A stretch of 64,000 nt of DNA from Mobula hypostoma. Its lineage: Eukaryota. Shown here piece after piece: positions 36,395-49,864 of the stretch. The stretch is taken from assembly GCF_963921235.1 (NCBI RefSeq), contig NC_086106.1:21328001-21392000 (forward strand). The letters are read 5' to 3'. Position 1 is the stretch's first letter, and each line of letters begins with the position of its first letter. The notes beneath the pieces were generated by a model. That model was not told the DNA's origin, ran no database searches, and was given only the letters and a program-made list of their open reading frames with translations. A program made the position numbers and the translations under genes.

Positions 36395-37547
36395 CATAGA
36401 AACATAGAAACATAGAAAATAGGTGCAGGAGTAGGTGATTCGGCTCTTCGAGCCTGCACCGCCATTTATTATGATCATGGCTGATCATCCAACTCAGAAC
36501 CCGGCCCCAGCCTTCCCTCCATACCCCCTGACCACCGTAGCCACAAGGGCCATATCTAACTCCCTCTTAAACATAGCCGATGAACTGGCCTCAACAGGTT
36601 GCTGTGGCAGAGAATTCCACAGATTCACCACTCTCTGTGTGAAGAAGTTTTTCCTAATCTCGGTCCTAAAAGGCTCCCCCTCTATCCTCAGACTGTGACC
36701 CCTCGTTCTGGACTTCCCCAAAATCGGGAACAATCTTCCTGCATCTAGCCTGTCCAATCCCTTTAGGATCTTATACGTTTCAATCAGATCCCCCCTCAAT
36801 CTTCTAAATTCCAACAAGTACAAGCCCAGTTCATCCAGTCTTTCTTCATATGAAAGTCTTGCCATCCCAGGAATCAATCTGGTGAACCTTCTTTGTACTC
36901 CCTCTATGGCAAAGATGTCTTTCCTCAGATTAGGGGACCAAAACTGCACACAATACACCAAATGTGGTCTCACCAAGGCCTTGTACAACTGCAGTAGTCC
37001 CTCCCTTTCCCCTGTACTCGAATCCTCTTGCTATAAATGCCAGCATACCATTCGCCTTTTTCACCGCCTGCTGTACCTGCATGCCCACTTTCAATGACTG
37101 GTGTATAATGACACCCAGGTATCGTTGCACCTCCCCTTTTCCTAATCGGCCACCATTCAGATAATAATCTGTTTTCCTATTTTTGCCACCAAAGTGGATA
37201 ACTTCACATTTATCCACATGAAATTGCATCTGCCATGAGTTTGCCCACTCACCCAACCTATCCAAGTCACCCTGCATCCTCTTAGCATCATCCTCACTGC
37301 TAACACTGCCACCCAGCTTCGTGTCATCCACAAACTTGGAGATGCTGCATTTAATTCCCTCATCCAAGTCATTAATATATATTGTAAACAACTGGGGTCC
37401 CAGCACTCAGCCTTGCGGTACCCCACTAGTCACCGCCTGTCATTCTGAAAAGGTCCCGTTTATTCCCACTCTTTGCTTCCTGTCTGATAACCAATTCTCT
37501 ATCCACATCAATACCTTATTCCCAATACCGTGTGCTTTAAGTTTGCA
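36395..37547 (-). mobile_element. 5'-truncated CR1 LINE at a deletion junction
   Basis: ORFs 36494-36988 and 36930-37406 are CR1 RT (KFVDDTKLGG; YKALVRPHLVYCVQFWSP). (CATAGAAA)n tail at ~36395-36420. Confidence 0.92.
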
Positions 37548-37760
37548 CAGCCAATCCTGTATAGCTGATTCTCCTGCAGGCTCAACGACAAATTGTTCTA
37601 AAAAGCCACCTCTTTGGCATTCAACAAACTAATTCTTCGAATCGACCTGAATGTTAAAATCGCGCATGGCTACTATAACATTACTCTTTTTGACGGTCCT
37701 TTTTCTATTTCTAACTGTAAATTGTGTTCATCTCCCAACTGCTTTGGAATGTCAGTATTT

Positions 37761-39454
37761 CACTGAGATCAGAGGCATACACTCAGTTGTGGTGCTGTGC
37801 AATTGTTGTCTTAGGCATGCGTGGGCATGCTTAGTCAGGTTAGATTCTGGCAGACAGGCTAGAAAAGCTGCTCACATTTAGAGATGCTGTTCAGACACAT
37901 GTTGATGCACATGTTCTTCAGGGAATAGCATAGTGAGTATACTTCATAATAGGACTTACGGTCTTCAGGAAGATTCAATAAAGCAGAAATATCTCGGCAA
38001 TGCCGCAACAGCTGCGATACATCCTGTTACATATGTGGCGAGTATACTTTAAGGCTCATAAACGCATCATGACTGCACTTATTAAGAACGCCTATATGCT
38101 CTAATTGGGATGTAAAATTTGTGACCGAGTCAAACCTTGGGCTCCTCAGATTTCTTGTGCAGTATGTGTAGTCAACCTGAGAGCTCGGCCCAGAGGTACT
38201 CGGAAGTCAATGCCAATTGCAGTCCCAATGATATGGCGAGACAGAAGTTTCACAACACTGACTGTTACTTCTGTCTGAGCAATGTATCTGGCTTCACTCG
38301 TAAAAATAACAAACCTATTGAATACCCCAATCTGCCTTGAGCCATGAGACCAGAGTCAAATGATGACAGTTTGGCAGTACCGATGCCACCAGTGACAGGA
38401 AGCCCAGGTGAGACAGATGAAGATGTCACAATGCAAGAAACAGATGTGGCAAACGACACTGATCCAGATGTTAAACCCTTTATGACTGATTATCCTCATT
38501 GGTAACACCGCCAGAATTAAATAACCTGGTCTTGCACTTAGATTTGTCAAAAGCTAAAGCAGAACTATTTGATTCAAGGTTGCAAGGATGGGATTTGCTA
38601 TCACCACGTACAAAGAATTCTATCTCTCGAAACCATCAAGAACATTGTGAAACTTCTTTACACTGTTTGAAAACATCTTTTTCTGCATTGACAGTGATTA
38701 CACAGACAAAGATATGTCTGCCTCCTCTTCATATAAAACACGGACCGATGAAAAATTTGTGAAAACAATGAACAAAGACTGTAATGCATTTCGCTATTTG
38801 AGACAGATGTTTTGATGAATAATTCAAGCCAAGATTAAGAAAGGCATTGTTGTTGGTCCAAAAATCAGACAGGTCATCAATGACAGGGATTTCGAGGATC
38901 TGCTCGTAGGACTGGACAAAGAAGCATGGAAGGCATTTAAGGATGTTGTTGAGAATTTTTTTGGCAACTGCAGAGCACCAAACTAGTTTGAGATCCTTGA
39001 CAACATGCTTAAAGCATACAAAACCATGAAGTACAGCATGTCATTGGAAATTAATATCCTGCATCGATACTTGGACTTCTTGCCTGCTGATCTTGGTGCC
39101 GTCAGTGACGAACATGGTGAAAGCTTTCACCAGGAGTTTGCAACCATGCAGAAATAGTATTAGGGCAACTGGAATCCATTAATGCTGGCGGGCTATTGTT
39201 GGACACCGACACGAGTGGCACCAGATGCTGACTACAAAATCATCTGCAAAACATCTCATGCTCAGCTGAACTAACACAATGCGACGGTATCATTATGCAG
39301 TTAAACCTGATAAATTCAATAAAAGTTTTAATAATTGTCCAAATTCTTACGTGATACAACAACTTTTGTGTTCAGCATGACCTTGTCAGTGATAATCTGT
39401 ATATATTTTTTTTCATGCAGGAAGCAAAACATTAGAAAGAAATGTTGTCCAGTG
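37761..39454 (+). mobile_element. Fossil Chapaev3-like DNA transposon (best preserved copy)
   Basis: CACTG...CAGTG ends. Fragments read CYICGEY..KPWAPQISCAVC..RKSMPIAVPMIWR..TDCYFCLSNVSGFTRKN..IEYPNLP..GAVSDEHGESFHQ. Confidence 0.7.
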
Positions 39455-39526
39455 ACTTATTGCTGTGTAATCCACAACATCGAGGTTTTTCTTTGTGCAT
39501 CACGCTTCTTCTTGTCTATCTCGGTG

Positions 39527-39740
39527 CTCTTCGCCAACTGATGGCACGTTGGTACAAAGCCGAGTCGCTCATTTGCAGTTTCGAGATCATTAACATGCAG
39601 ATTTTATTTTCCTGATCAGGAGAACCGAAGAGGTGTCCTTAGGCAGCATTTTCCTGATCCTGATCACCACAGGTATGCCTCGTGAGCAGAAATTTTGGAG
39701 GCTCTGCTTGGAGCTACCGGTAGCAGTCTATCGTGCATGG
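39527..39740 (-). pseudogene. 5'-truncated A-type supporting V (orphan pseudogene)
   Basis: Reads PCTIDCYR*LQAEPPK..NAA*GHLFGS..DSALYQRAISWRR: two stops, Trp and second Cys lost, heptamer CACCGAG, FR1 and all upstream NAR V-D-J missing. Confidence 0.85.
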
Positions 39741-40564
39741 CAGATTTTCTTAAGACTTGATGTATATTCTCGAATGTCTTCCCTTTATTGCGTCATCATC
39801 TATTTACGTTGCGTGCTGATATCCCAGATAAGATACTTGCATTTTTCGGATTCATCCATTTCTTTTATTGTATCCTGCTATATTGTATTATATTCTACTC
39901 GCTCTACTGCACCTTTGTTTAATATTTTGCACTTACCTAGTCCAACGTTGATGGCTATATATCTAGGAAATTATATACTACGTGAATTCATTGCTTTAAC
40001 TGTAATGAGAAGGAGAGTATAACTAGCGATTCGCTTATTGGAATTCCCTGCGCTCGCCTCACTTCTCTAACAAGGAGAAATTCCGCTATTTTTGTCGAAA
40101 TGTCCTTTCTGCATTAGCTCTGTGCGAAAGTTTTCTATATTTGACCATTGTTCAGCAATGCCCTGCGGTATAAAAATAATAAATTTACATTCATTTTAAA
40201 CTTCTCCACGAGGTATTTGAACAACCTCTCATATTTTTTTTTACAATTTGCCTCCTGCTCGCAATTTATTTCCTTCCATGTCAGAATCCCTTTCTCTCTG
40301 TCTTTCTGCAATGTTTGAAGCCGTCATAAATCATACACCCATTAATTTTGCCCTCTTATATATCGCTACCAATGAAACTTGATTCAATTCTTCGGTTGGT
40401 AGCCTGGTGATGGAGCAGTATCTATTCCGCATAAAAGGATATTTGACAAGAGATTCGGAAGGAGTTGTGAACCTATTGTCGGCGATTGAATTGGCTGGAG
40501 TGCAGTTGCAGTAAGGTAATGGGATAGATACAAATATTTTAGCATTTGCAATCGGACCTTCCAA

Positions 40565-40571
40565 TTATTGC

Positions 40572-40617
<46 letters not shown>

Positions 40618-40705
40618 GTTATTATTATTATTATTATTATCATTGTTATTATTATTAGTAGTAGTTGTTGTTGTTTTTGTTGATGTTGTGGTTGTTGCTG
40701 TTGTT
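40565..40705. repeat. Compound (ATT)n/(GTT)n microsatellite
   Basis: Directly visible. It explains the poly-Ile/Gln ORF 40539-40748. Confidence 0.92.
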
Positions 40706-43700
40706 CAAACACGGAAGTCTCGGGACTATATATAAATTTCTGATCCACCTTCAGAATCAGTACACCAGAAAGTGTATTGAAACAAATGATTTATTACAGA
40801 AAGGGCAATCCATTATAATAGTCCGGAAATAATAATAATAATAATAAAGGATAAACAAGCAAGAACAAATTGTTTAATACATATAGCCAATCCAAACACA
40901 CACAACCTTTTTAAACCATAAGCAAAAGCTCTACACATATGCTGAATGAAATGTGGAATTTGAAAGACTTTGCAACATGAACAAGGTGTAAATCGGTGTT
41001 GATATTATAATATTCACCCACCAATTTGAGAGGGACAACCTGATATTGATGCCTCGCTTTCAGTAAATCTAATGAAAAGTGTATGAGAGTGGAGCGTGCC
41101 AAGTTTGTTCAAAAGGACATGACGGTAGAGCAGCGATGTTTAAGCATGTAACAAGCAGCAGAAACAAAGGAGAATCAGTGGCCTTCACGATGCAGCTGCA
41201 CAGGGGAAGACCATCAAGATGTGGCTCACCTGTATTAAAATGTCCTAGCATTTGTAGAAGATAGTTAGCTTGCTAAAGGTAAATTTGGGGGTTATTCCTG
41301 TTGGCGGTGTGACTAGTGATGTTCAGCAAGGGTCGAAGTTGTGGTCTCTGTTTTCAAGTTATTTCATAACAGAATGGATGGATTTTTGCGGAGTTTGCGT
41401 ATGATACAAATATAGGAGAAGTATTGGGTACTGCTGAGGAAGCAGAGAGCACGGAGCATTCCCCGATGTTAGGATAAGCTAAGACAATGGGCACATAATT
41501 GGCAGATGCAACAAGAAGTAGGAAACTGTATAAAATGTAATTTGATCGCAGGAACAAAGTCGTTGAAAATATTCTAAATTAGGAGTGAATTCGAAAAACT
41601 CAGGTGTATACAAACTTGATAGTCCTACTTCGTGAATCCTTTACGGTCAATTTGAGAATTGTGTCCGTACCAAAAAAAAAGAGAGCAAAATATAAAAGCT
41701 GGGATATAGCGCTGTTTATTTATAAGAGGTAAATCACACTACATTTGCTGTTTTGGGAAGTTGCGTGCTCAAAGTCCAAAAGAATGGTTTGCTAGTTAAC
41801 AAGGGAGAAAAGTAGAGACTTATGCGAATTACCCCGGGGCAGATAGACTTATCGCAGGTGTAGAGTTTTATGTGTCTTCGGATTAGAACAACGATACGAT
41901 TCCCACTGTAACATAACCAGCAAAAATGTACTGAGTACAGTGGACGTGCGGAGGATAGATCTAGCAGCGGGAAACTGGATCCTCAGAGGTACTCAACCTC
42001 AAACAAAACGGACCTGTCTTAGATTACATTTTTTAGCCAGATTGTATTTGTGTGGGATTCCTTGCAGGGGATGGTCTGTTGGGGAGGACATGCACGGTAA
42101 ATTTCAAGCTGAGGTAAATACCTACTCAAGGCGTAAGTGCGTCAGAGTTTGGACCGAGTTGCCAGAAGAATGCAGCTGAATTGTTATAATATATTCAGTA
42201 CGATCCCGTGGCAGAACCAATATCCAGAAGTCTAAAAGCAAAATTTTCTCCAATGGTCTTACGGCCAGATCCTGTACATACATCCAAAACGCGCGTTAAT
42301 ATACCATACTTTTCATTAGTTCGATGGACAGCCTCACACACACGAGAAAAGGATAATAGATATAGTTAATAAATTTGGAGGGCTGAGAGGATTAGCAAGT
42401 GAGCTTTGTTTAGAAATTTTGAACTCTTCGAGGTTTTTAATGTTCGAATTTATTACTTAATTGCGCTGTTCAATGGTTTCAATGTATTGGATGATAGTCA
42501 GGTCATACTTGTTGGTACTGTCGCGTAACCGCCTATGTGATATTCTGTAGGATTTTTGAGCTTAAGTCATTCACTAGCTGACGCATTTGTGGCAGGTTTG
42601 GTCATCGGTAACACAGAAACTCAACCTCGCGGCGTTAATCGCGAAACTCACGAGGCATGCGATCCACGGGAGATTGCAAGAGTGGATTTAGAATTCTCCT
42701 GTACTCGGAAGGCATAGCGTGGTATTAGTTGGAAGTTAATATGCCCACCTTTCAAGAATTACAGACGTTCCTTGAGTAACTGTTTCGAGACCCTCACTGT
42801 CTGTGACATTAAAAATTACCGTGTGATTTTATGTAATGATTTTAATGTGAAAGTAGAGAAACGGCATAAAGAATAGTGGTGTTGTGCACCGAGTAGAATG
42901 ATGTCACATGTTGATCTGAAATATAGACGATGTAGAGTTGGGTAGACAAATGAGAAATTACATTTCAAATGTGAAAAAAAAAACTAGAGTGAATTAACCA
43001 ACATTAGAAGTTGGCACAGGTTTATGAGGAGGATTCTTAGAAGTGCAGTGGTGCAGATGGATACTCGACATCCACGTCAATATATTCCCCATTGCTGCCA
43101 CGCAAGGGAATTTACCAAATAATATGGTGTACTGAATATTGAACTGGATATTGATTTCAAGAGCTGCGGGTAGATACTATGCATCTCACAATGATCCGGT
43201 GAGACAATTTCTGAGTACCTTACTATAGAGAGGTTGTCTAAAGTTTATTGAGAGAACTCAGAAGAATTACCATGAAACCTCAAATATTAGAGAACACCTT
43301 AAACAGAAATTTAGAGGAAATCTGGAGATTTTCATTTTGTAACAACGCTAGTTGACAGTCAGCTTAATATAAATACGTACGACTGTGAAAGGCATAGATA
43401 TGATTTTCCTCAGGGCGGTAATGCCAAGCAGCAGAAACTTCCGTTTATTGTTACTGGACGGCAATTTACCGCAGATATCTGAAACAGTGTGTTATTTCAC
43501 AGAGAATAGCGGGAAACTGAAATTAATGCCAGAGATGGTAGAACCTTCATGATGATATAAAAAAAAACTACTATGTAGATATATAATAGTGTCTTTGAAT
43601 GAGGGAATGTTTGGATGGATAGTTTAGTATTGTAAATTAGCTGCCAGAGCATGGTCCGGCGTAGGGTCCGCAGTTTGTGGTCCTGGTTGATATTCTCTGT

Positions 43701-45486
43701 TATTTATGTTCCATGAGATTGCGAACGGTAGATCTTCCATCGTTTTCTTCTTCTTACTTGCAAAGGTGTTGTCATCATTTTATGATTTTGCTCATGTGAA
43801 GTACATTTCATTTGTTTTAAGAATTTTATTTTTTTTTTTTTGCAGGACTTGGGAAAACATTCCGTCAGTTTTTTTTTTGCAAATTTGCGGTTGATCATTA
43901 GCTTCTGACAACCAAAAGAAAAATAAGAGGCACGGCCGCTTATATCGTGGCTCAAAGCAAGTTCAGCACCGAGCTTCCACAGGCGCAAAATTAAATACCC
44001 GGTAAATATACTTGAGAAATAAATGAAACAGTTAAATTTGTTTTGATAATTTATGAGTATCATCTTATTATATAATTTTCCATGTGGTTCATGTCAAATT
44101 ACACAGTTAAATTGCGGATCCACCACGAATAGGAACATGTGAAGGTTTCACAAAGTTTGGTTTCGTTCACAATGTGTCCACAACGCTTTTATTGTCCTTG
44201 GCAATTTTTCCAACGACTTGCCGAAGTGGAGAAATAATTGGCAGCTGGTGCAGGTGGAGAAATAGAAGTACTGCATGTAAATGGAGGAAAATGTGAATAC
44301 AGAACTTGTAGAAACAATCCGCCAGCGCGGCCACCCTGAGAGATGGAAGGTCTACCTGTTCCCTTGTGTAAAATTCATGCTGTATTTTATTTTATTTTGA
44401 TGAGAGACGGAGGAATGGGAAAAGGATTGAGCAATAATTTTATTTAGAACGACTAATGCACTGTCTACAGATTTGTTGCTCTTTAATTTAACGAAATAAG
44501 ATCCATGAGAAGGGAGAGATTTTCCATGTTTGGGATGAGAAACTGTGCGGTGAGGAATACAGGCTGTTAAATTTAATACACCCCTACGCAAAACTTCATA
44601 ACCAGTCCGTGTAACACACCCTAATGCTGAAGGAACTTAGCAGACCAGACAGCATTTATGGAAAAGAGTAAACTGGCGACGTTTCAGGCATAGATACATC
44701 AATAGGATATTCATGTATGTACTCCCTGACATGTGGAGAGCATCTTGCATTTTCGCTCTGTTGCTTGGAATTTCAGCATCTGCGGATTTTCTTATGGCTC
44801 CCCATTCGCTGTGACAGGTCATCCTTCGTATTACTTATAGTTCAGTTAGTTTTCATATGTGTTTTTTCCCCCTGATATTGTTTGTTCTACTTTGGATACA
44901 TATGGTATATATGCTATCATCTTAAAGTGTTCTGATCGATGTTGCTTGCATTGCAGTTTATATGTGGGTGCCAGGCTCATTCGAAAATGGGCGTCTGCAC
45001 TGACTCATTGCATCTGGAGGCTGTGAATGATAAATAGTGACTTTCTTAAGCTTTCAACATACAATTTCCGTGGACCTGCAGAGTCACATAGCACAGAACA
45101 TATCTGAGATGTTCCGTCAAACTTGATTACGCAATGTGATGATCCAAGATCCGCATTTCTATGTCTGCTCCCATAACCATCTGCTAGCAGCACAAATAAT
45201 CGCTCTGCATATACGAATGAACTTTTGCCTCTATTCTTCTAATGCATGGTTACAGAACTGTGCTGCTTTTACTTTAATTGTACCTTTCCAACGAGGAGCT
45301 CATGGACAGTAAACTTCATGTCCCAATCCAAACGAGGTTTTTTTTTTTGTTTTGTTTTTGTTTTTTTTCCAGACTTATAGCTTCTGTCTACGAAATCTCA
45401 GTCAAACCTGATGTAGTCAACAAAAGTACACTTGAAAGCAGTTCGATGATACGGCGTTTTTAAATCTCGCCAGTTCACATATTTAC

Positions 45487-45541
45487 TGACTGTAACAGTG
45501 ACCGTGGTCCCGGTTGCACCTCGATAGCTAGTGTAGTAATT
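45487..45541 (-). pseudogene. NAR-TCR J, cassette B3 (NYYTSYRGATGTTVTVTV), RSS destroyed
   Basis: The CAC of the heptamer is deleted (AATT-CGTG versus AATT-CACCGTG in B1). Confidence 0.8.
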
Positions 45542-45911
45542 CGTGATCCGACTCTCAGTCTCACTGGTACATAAAATCATCCTCAACTCAGTCTAATCAG
45601 CAGCCGACATTGGACTGCGTACAACTATTGCAGACTTTTAAAACTTCAACAACAACATGCAGTGTTCCAGAAACCCCTGTGAAGCTACCTGTGAAAAAGA
45701 CAACTATAAGATGATGGCTTCATACATTCCGAACGTCGGTTCCCTAAACTTCAGCAAATCTGAATGAAAAAAAAATCCTGAAAGGGGCAAAGTACAATGG
45801 AATTCACCCGATCGCAGCGTGAAAATAATCGCACATATGATTCTATTTTCTGACTCCTGAATACATAGTTTTTCGGTGTTGAAAGTTGTTGTTCGATTAT
45901 CCTTCGTTGTG

Positions 45912-45925
45912 CGTATTACCAAATC
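45912..45925 (-). other. NAR-TCR D, cassette B3
   Basis: AGTTGTTGT, 12 nt, CGTTGTG, 14-nt core, CACAGTG (45926-45932). Confidence 0.72.
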
Positions 45926-46302
45926 CACAGTGTTTCATGTCAGGTTCAAATCTCAGAATAGGACTGAGCTGGAGGTAACAGCTTCCCAACTACTCTTCCT
46001 GCTTCCATCCTGTTGGAGCAGGGACACATCCGATGTAAGGGTTTGGGAAGGTGAAAACTCATTATCACTTGCTGTTCGCTATAAACAGAAATGTGAAAGG
46101 CGGTTTTGTACATGCAAATTCAGAAGAGAAGAGAAAGAGTATGAACAGTAAACTTCATGTCCCATTACAAAATATACTGTACGGAACTCAGGAGAAATGC
46201 CTCAATGAATTACGGACAGATTAACTCTATTCCTTAAGCTGTTGATGGGATAAATTGCAGCGAGTATTTGAGTACAGCAGCAATCGCTTTCCAAGTTCTG
46301 TG

Positions 46303-46593
46303 CATATTCATGATTATTTTCAACTTTACAGAAATAGCTGGCTCTGCCCTTAACTCCAAGATTCAAACTTTTAAGGGTAATTGTCATTTATGCTTCATTT
46401 TCCGTTTTAATAAATCTTCCTCCTGCGTAGATACGCTGCCCGTCCGTTCCTGGCTGCGTCTGTTTGAGGAACTGTCCGTTTATAAATTAATCGCTTGATG
46501 ATTTTTTACGAAACCTGCATGTGATGGTGAGAGACAAGCATTATATTTACACCACCGCTGTCGGGCTCTGGATCACTGATTGGCCGAAGAATA
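46303..46593 (-). pseudogene. NAR-TCR V exon, cassette B3 (pseudogene)
   Basis: Reads VV*I*CLSLTITC..SSSD*FINGQFLKQ..ENEA*MTITL..ASYFCKVENNHEY: four TAA stops. Heptamer CACAGAA. Confidence 0.85.
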
Positions 46594-46739
46594 CTGGAAA
46601 TTAAGAAATGCAGAAGGGAAGCGTCATTAGCTGTGAAATACGCAGGAGGACTAATAATATGACTTCATGAAGTTCCTAATCTACCTGTTCAGTATTATAT
46701 CTAACTCGCATACTGCCGCAAATTGCCTACGGTACTCAC

Positions 46740-46781
46740 GGCGAAAACAGATGCACAGCGTGACATTCAAGGGAAGTACAT
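46740..46781 (-). pseudogene. Leader exon B3, frameshifted
   Basis: 42 nt instead of 43. Reads ATG TAC TTC CCT TGA. Confidence 0.75.
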
Positions 46782-49700
46782 CGTTTCGTCTCCGGGTGTA
46801 AGATGGTTTATATGACGTAGAGCTAGACTGCTGTGTTACGTTATTCCTCAGAACAGTGCAGAGACACCTCTGCCGCTTTCTGTTCTAGATTTATGCAATT
46901 GCTGCGCTATTTCCGAATTACCTTTTTGCGAGAAAGCGTCTGGTTTAATGAACAATAGCTGTGGTTCTGTTCCCACTCAAGCTCTTTGAAACTGATGAAA
47001 AAGGTCCTTCATTACAGTTTTAACGTCAATATAAGTAATTCCTCAGCTTTGGGATAAATACGAAAAGACCAGGCATCTGCGAAAAGAAAATGAAAAAAAA
47101 AGGACACGTGCCAGGGTGATAACATATCTGAACAATTAACTGAGAGTATCACTGTGTTTATAAATATATCATCAGCCATATCCGGATGTTTTCAGGGATG
47201 GAGTCAAGGTGATAGAGAATGGTGGAAAGGTGCCAGAACAAGTGTGTTTTATGGAACTGTGGAAGTTGCAGGCAATGTTGATGAAATTTACGAGGGCAAA
47301 GGGGTACATGCATTATGCCAGTAGTTACCAGATGTGGCTGTTATTCTGAACCACTTCATAGGCAAAGGTTGATTAAACAGGTCATAGAGTACAAGGTATT
47401 AAATTCGGATAAGACCATAAGAATAGACTTATGGATTTGATTTACTGAGTCTGCTCCGCCATACAATAATGGCTGATCATTTTTTTTCACCTCCTAAACC
47501 CCATTTCCCGGCATTCTCCCGTAATCGTTGATGTTATGTCTAATCCAGAACCTATGAATCTCTCCCTTAAATACACACAACGACCTGGACACCACAGCTA
47601 CATGTTGCAGTAAGTTGCACATATCACCACCCACCGGCAAAATACATTTCTGCGCATCTCTGTTATTTTTGGAACGGGTGACCCTCTATCCTGAGGCTGT
47701 GCCCTCTTGTCCTAGTCTCGCCCACCAATGGAAACATCCTTTACACATACACTTTGCCAAGGACTTTCAACACTCGAAAGTTTCCAGTGAGATCCTCTTC
47801 ATCCTTTTAAATTCCAGAGAGTACAGACCCACAGCCACCAGAAACTAAAAGAAAAGAAAACCCAAGTATGTTAACCGTTCGGTTCCTGGAATCACCATTG
47901 TGAACCTACTGCGGACAATCTCCAATACCAGCACATATTTTCTAAAATGGGCAACCCAAAACAGTTCACAATACGCAATATGAGACCGTACGAGAGCCTC
48001 AAAAATTTTCAGCATCTCATTCCTGCGTTTGCATTCTGGCCGTCTGAAATGAATGCCGGCATTACAGTTGCCTTTCTCACCACCAAATCAACATACAAGT
48101 TAACATTCAGTAGGTTCTGCACATAGATTCCTAAGTACTTCTGCATCTCAGAGTTTTGGATTTTTCCCCGTTTAGAAAGTACTCCATTTCATATTCCATT
48201 TGCCACTTTCGTGTAGACTCTCCTCATCAGTCTGAGTCCTTGTACATCCGACTTGTTTCCGCAACACTTCCTGTCTCTGAAATTATGTTCATATCTTCTG
48301 AAAACCTCACCAAAAAGGTAACTATTTTATATTCAATATCATTTATATACAACATAAACATAACTGGACCCAACACCTACCTATGCGGACAACCACCAGT
48401 CACTGGCACGCAAACTGACAAAGATACATTATTCCCATTCACCGCCCCCTTCCAAACAACCAATGCTCTAACCTTCCTGTAATACAGCAAGCACTTAACT
48501 TGGTAAGCAGCCTCATGTTGGCACCTTGTCAACGGCCTTCTGCAACGTCCTCATATACAACACCCCCTGAACCCTCTTTTTCTATCTTACTTGTCATCCC
48601 CTCACTGAATTCCAACAGGTTTGACAGGCAGGATTTTCCCGTGAAGGAACCATACTGACTTTGAACTATCTTCTCCTCTGTCACAAATTACTCCATCAAC
48701 TCAGACTGACCAACTTACTCTAACATGTTCCCAATCACGGAGGTCAAGCTAACTTGTCTATATTTTTTTCCCCGCTTTTATTCTCTCTTAAAAAGTAGAT
48801 TGACTTTTGAAATTTCGCAGTTCCCTGGCAACATGCCAGAGTCCAATGATGTTTGAATGATCTTGCTAATGCCGTCGCAATCTCTAAAGCTACATCTTTC
48901 AGAATCCTAGTGTGACTAGCATACCTTTAGGTCTTTGAGATTTTTGAGCACTTTCCTTCAAGTTACAGTAACTGCACCTTGTTCTCAGCATCCAAACATA
49001 ACAACATCTCACACACATCTCGTGTCTTCAATAGTAAAGACTGATGCAAAATACTGCCATATTGTTATTCCTGTTGTTATTTACTTGCCACATTTGATGC
49101 GATTGCTATATGCACTCTCATTTCTCTTTCATTTCCTACATTATTAAAAAGCGTTTCCGATCCACTTTGATAGAATCCGCTAGCTTGCTTTCATGTGCCT
49201 TATTTCCCCTTCAGATGATTATTTTAGTTGCACTCTGCAGCTTTTTAAACACTTTCCATTCCTCTATCTTTCCACTATTTTTTTGTATCTTCGTATGCCT
49301 ACGTTTTATTTTTAGATTAGCTTTGACTTCACTTTCAGGCACGGTCGTGCAATATTGCCATTCGGGTAATTCGTATGTTTTGGAATACACACGTCGTTCC
49401 TCATTTTACCCGGAAACTCACCCCATTGTCGGTCTGATAAGGTCCGTGCAAGCAGCTTCTTCCAATTTACTTTGGCCAACACCTCGTCCGTACCACTCTA
49501 CTTTCTATTGCTCCTGTGAAATGGTGCTACGCGAACATTTATTTTCTCCCTATCAAATTTCAAGTTGAAGTTTATCACATTATGATCACTGGTTCCTCAG
49601 GATTCCTTTATGTTCAGCTGCCTAATCGGCCCGTTCCTTACATAACAGCCAATCCTGTATAGCAGATTCGTTTGTAGGCTCAACAACAAATTGCTCTAAA

Positions 49701-49864
49701 AAAAAAAAAAAATCTGTTAGGCATTCAACAAACTCATTCTCCGAATCGATCTGCATGTTAAAATCTCCCATGGCTACCATAACGATGCTCTTTTTGACGG
49801 GCCTTTTCCATTCCCAACTGTAATGGGTGACCCAACTCCCAGCTGCTCTTGGATGGTCAGTATT

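Noticed and set aside
39970-40170. CARD/death-fold identity for the peptide IENFRTELMQKGHFDK.IAEFLL in the inverted block
   Set aside because: The resemblance is short and needs a frameshift, and the direct copies contain stops. It cannot be supported without a profile search.
40539-40748. Poly-Gln/poly-Ile ORF
   Set aside because: It is the translation of an (AAC)/(AAT) microsatellite.
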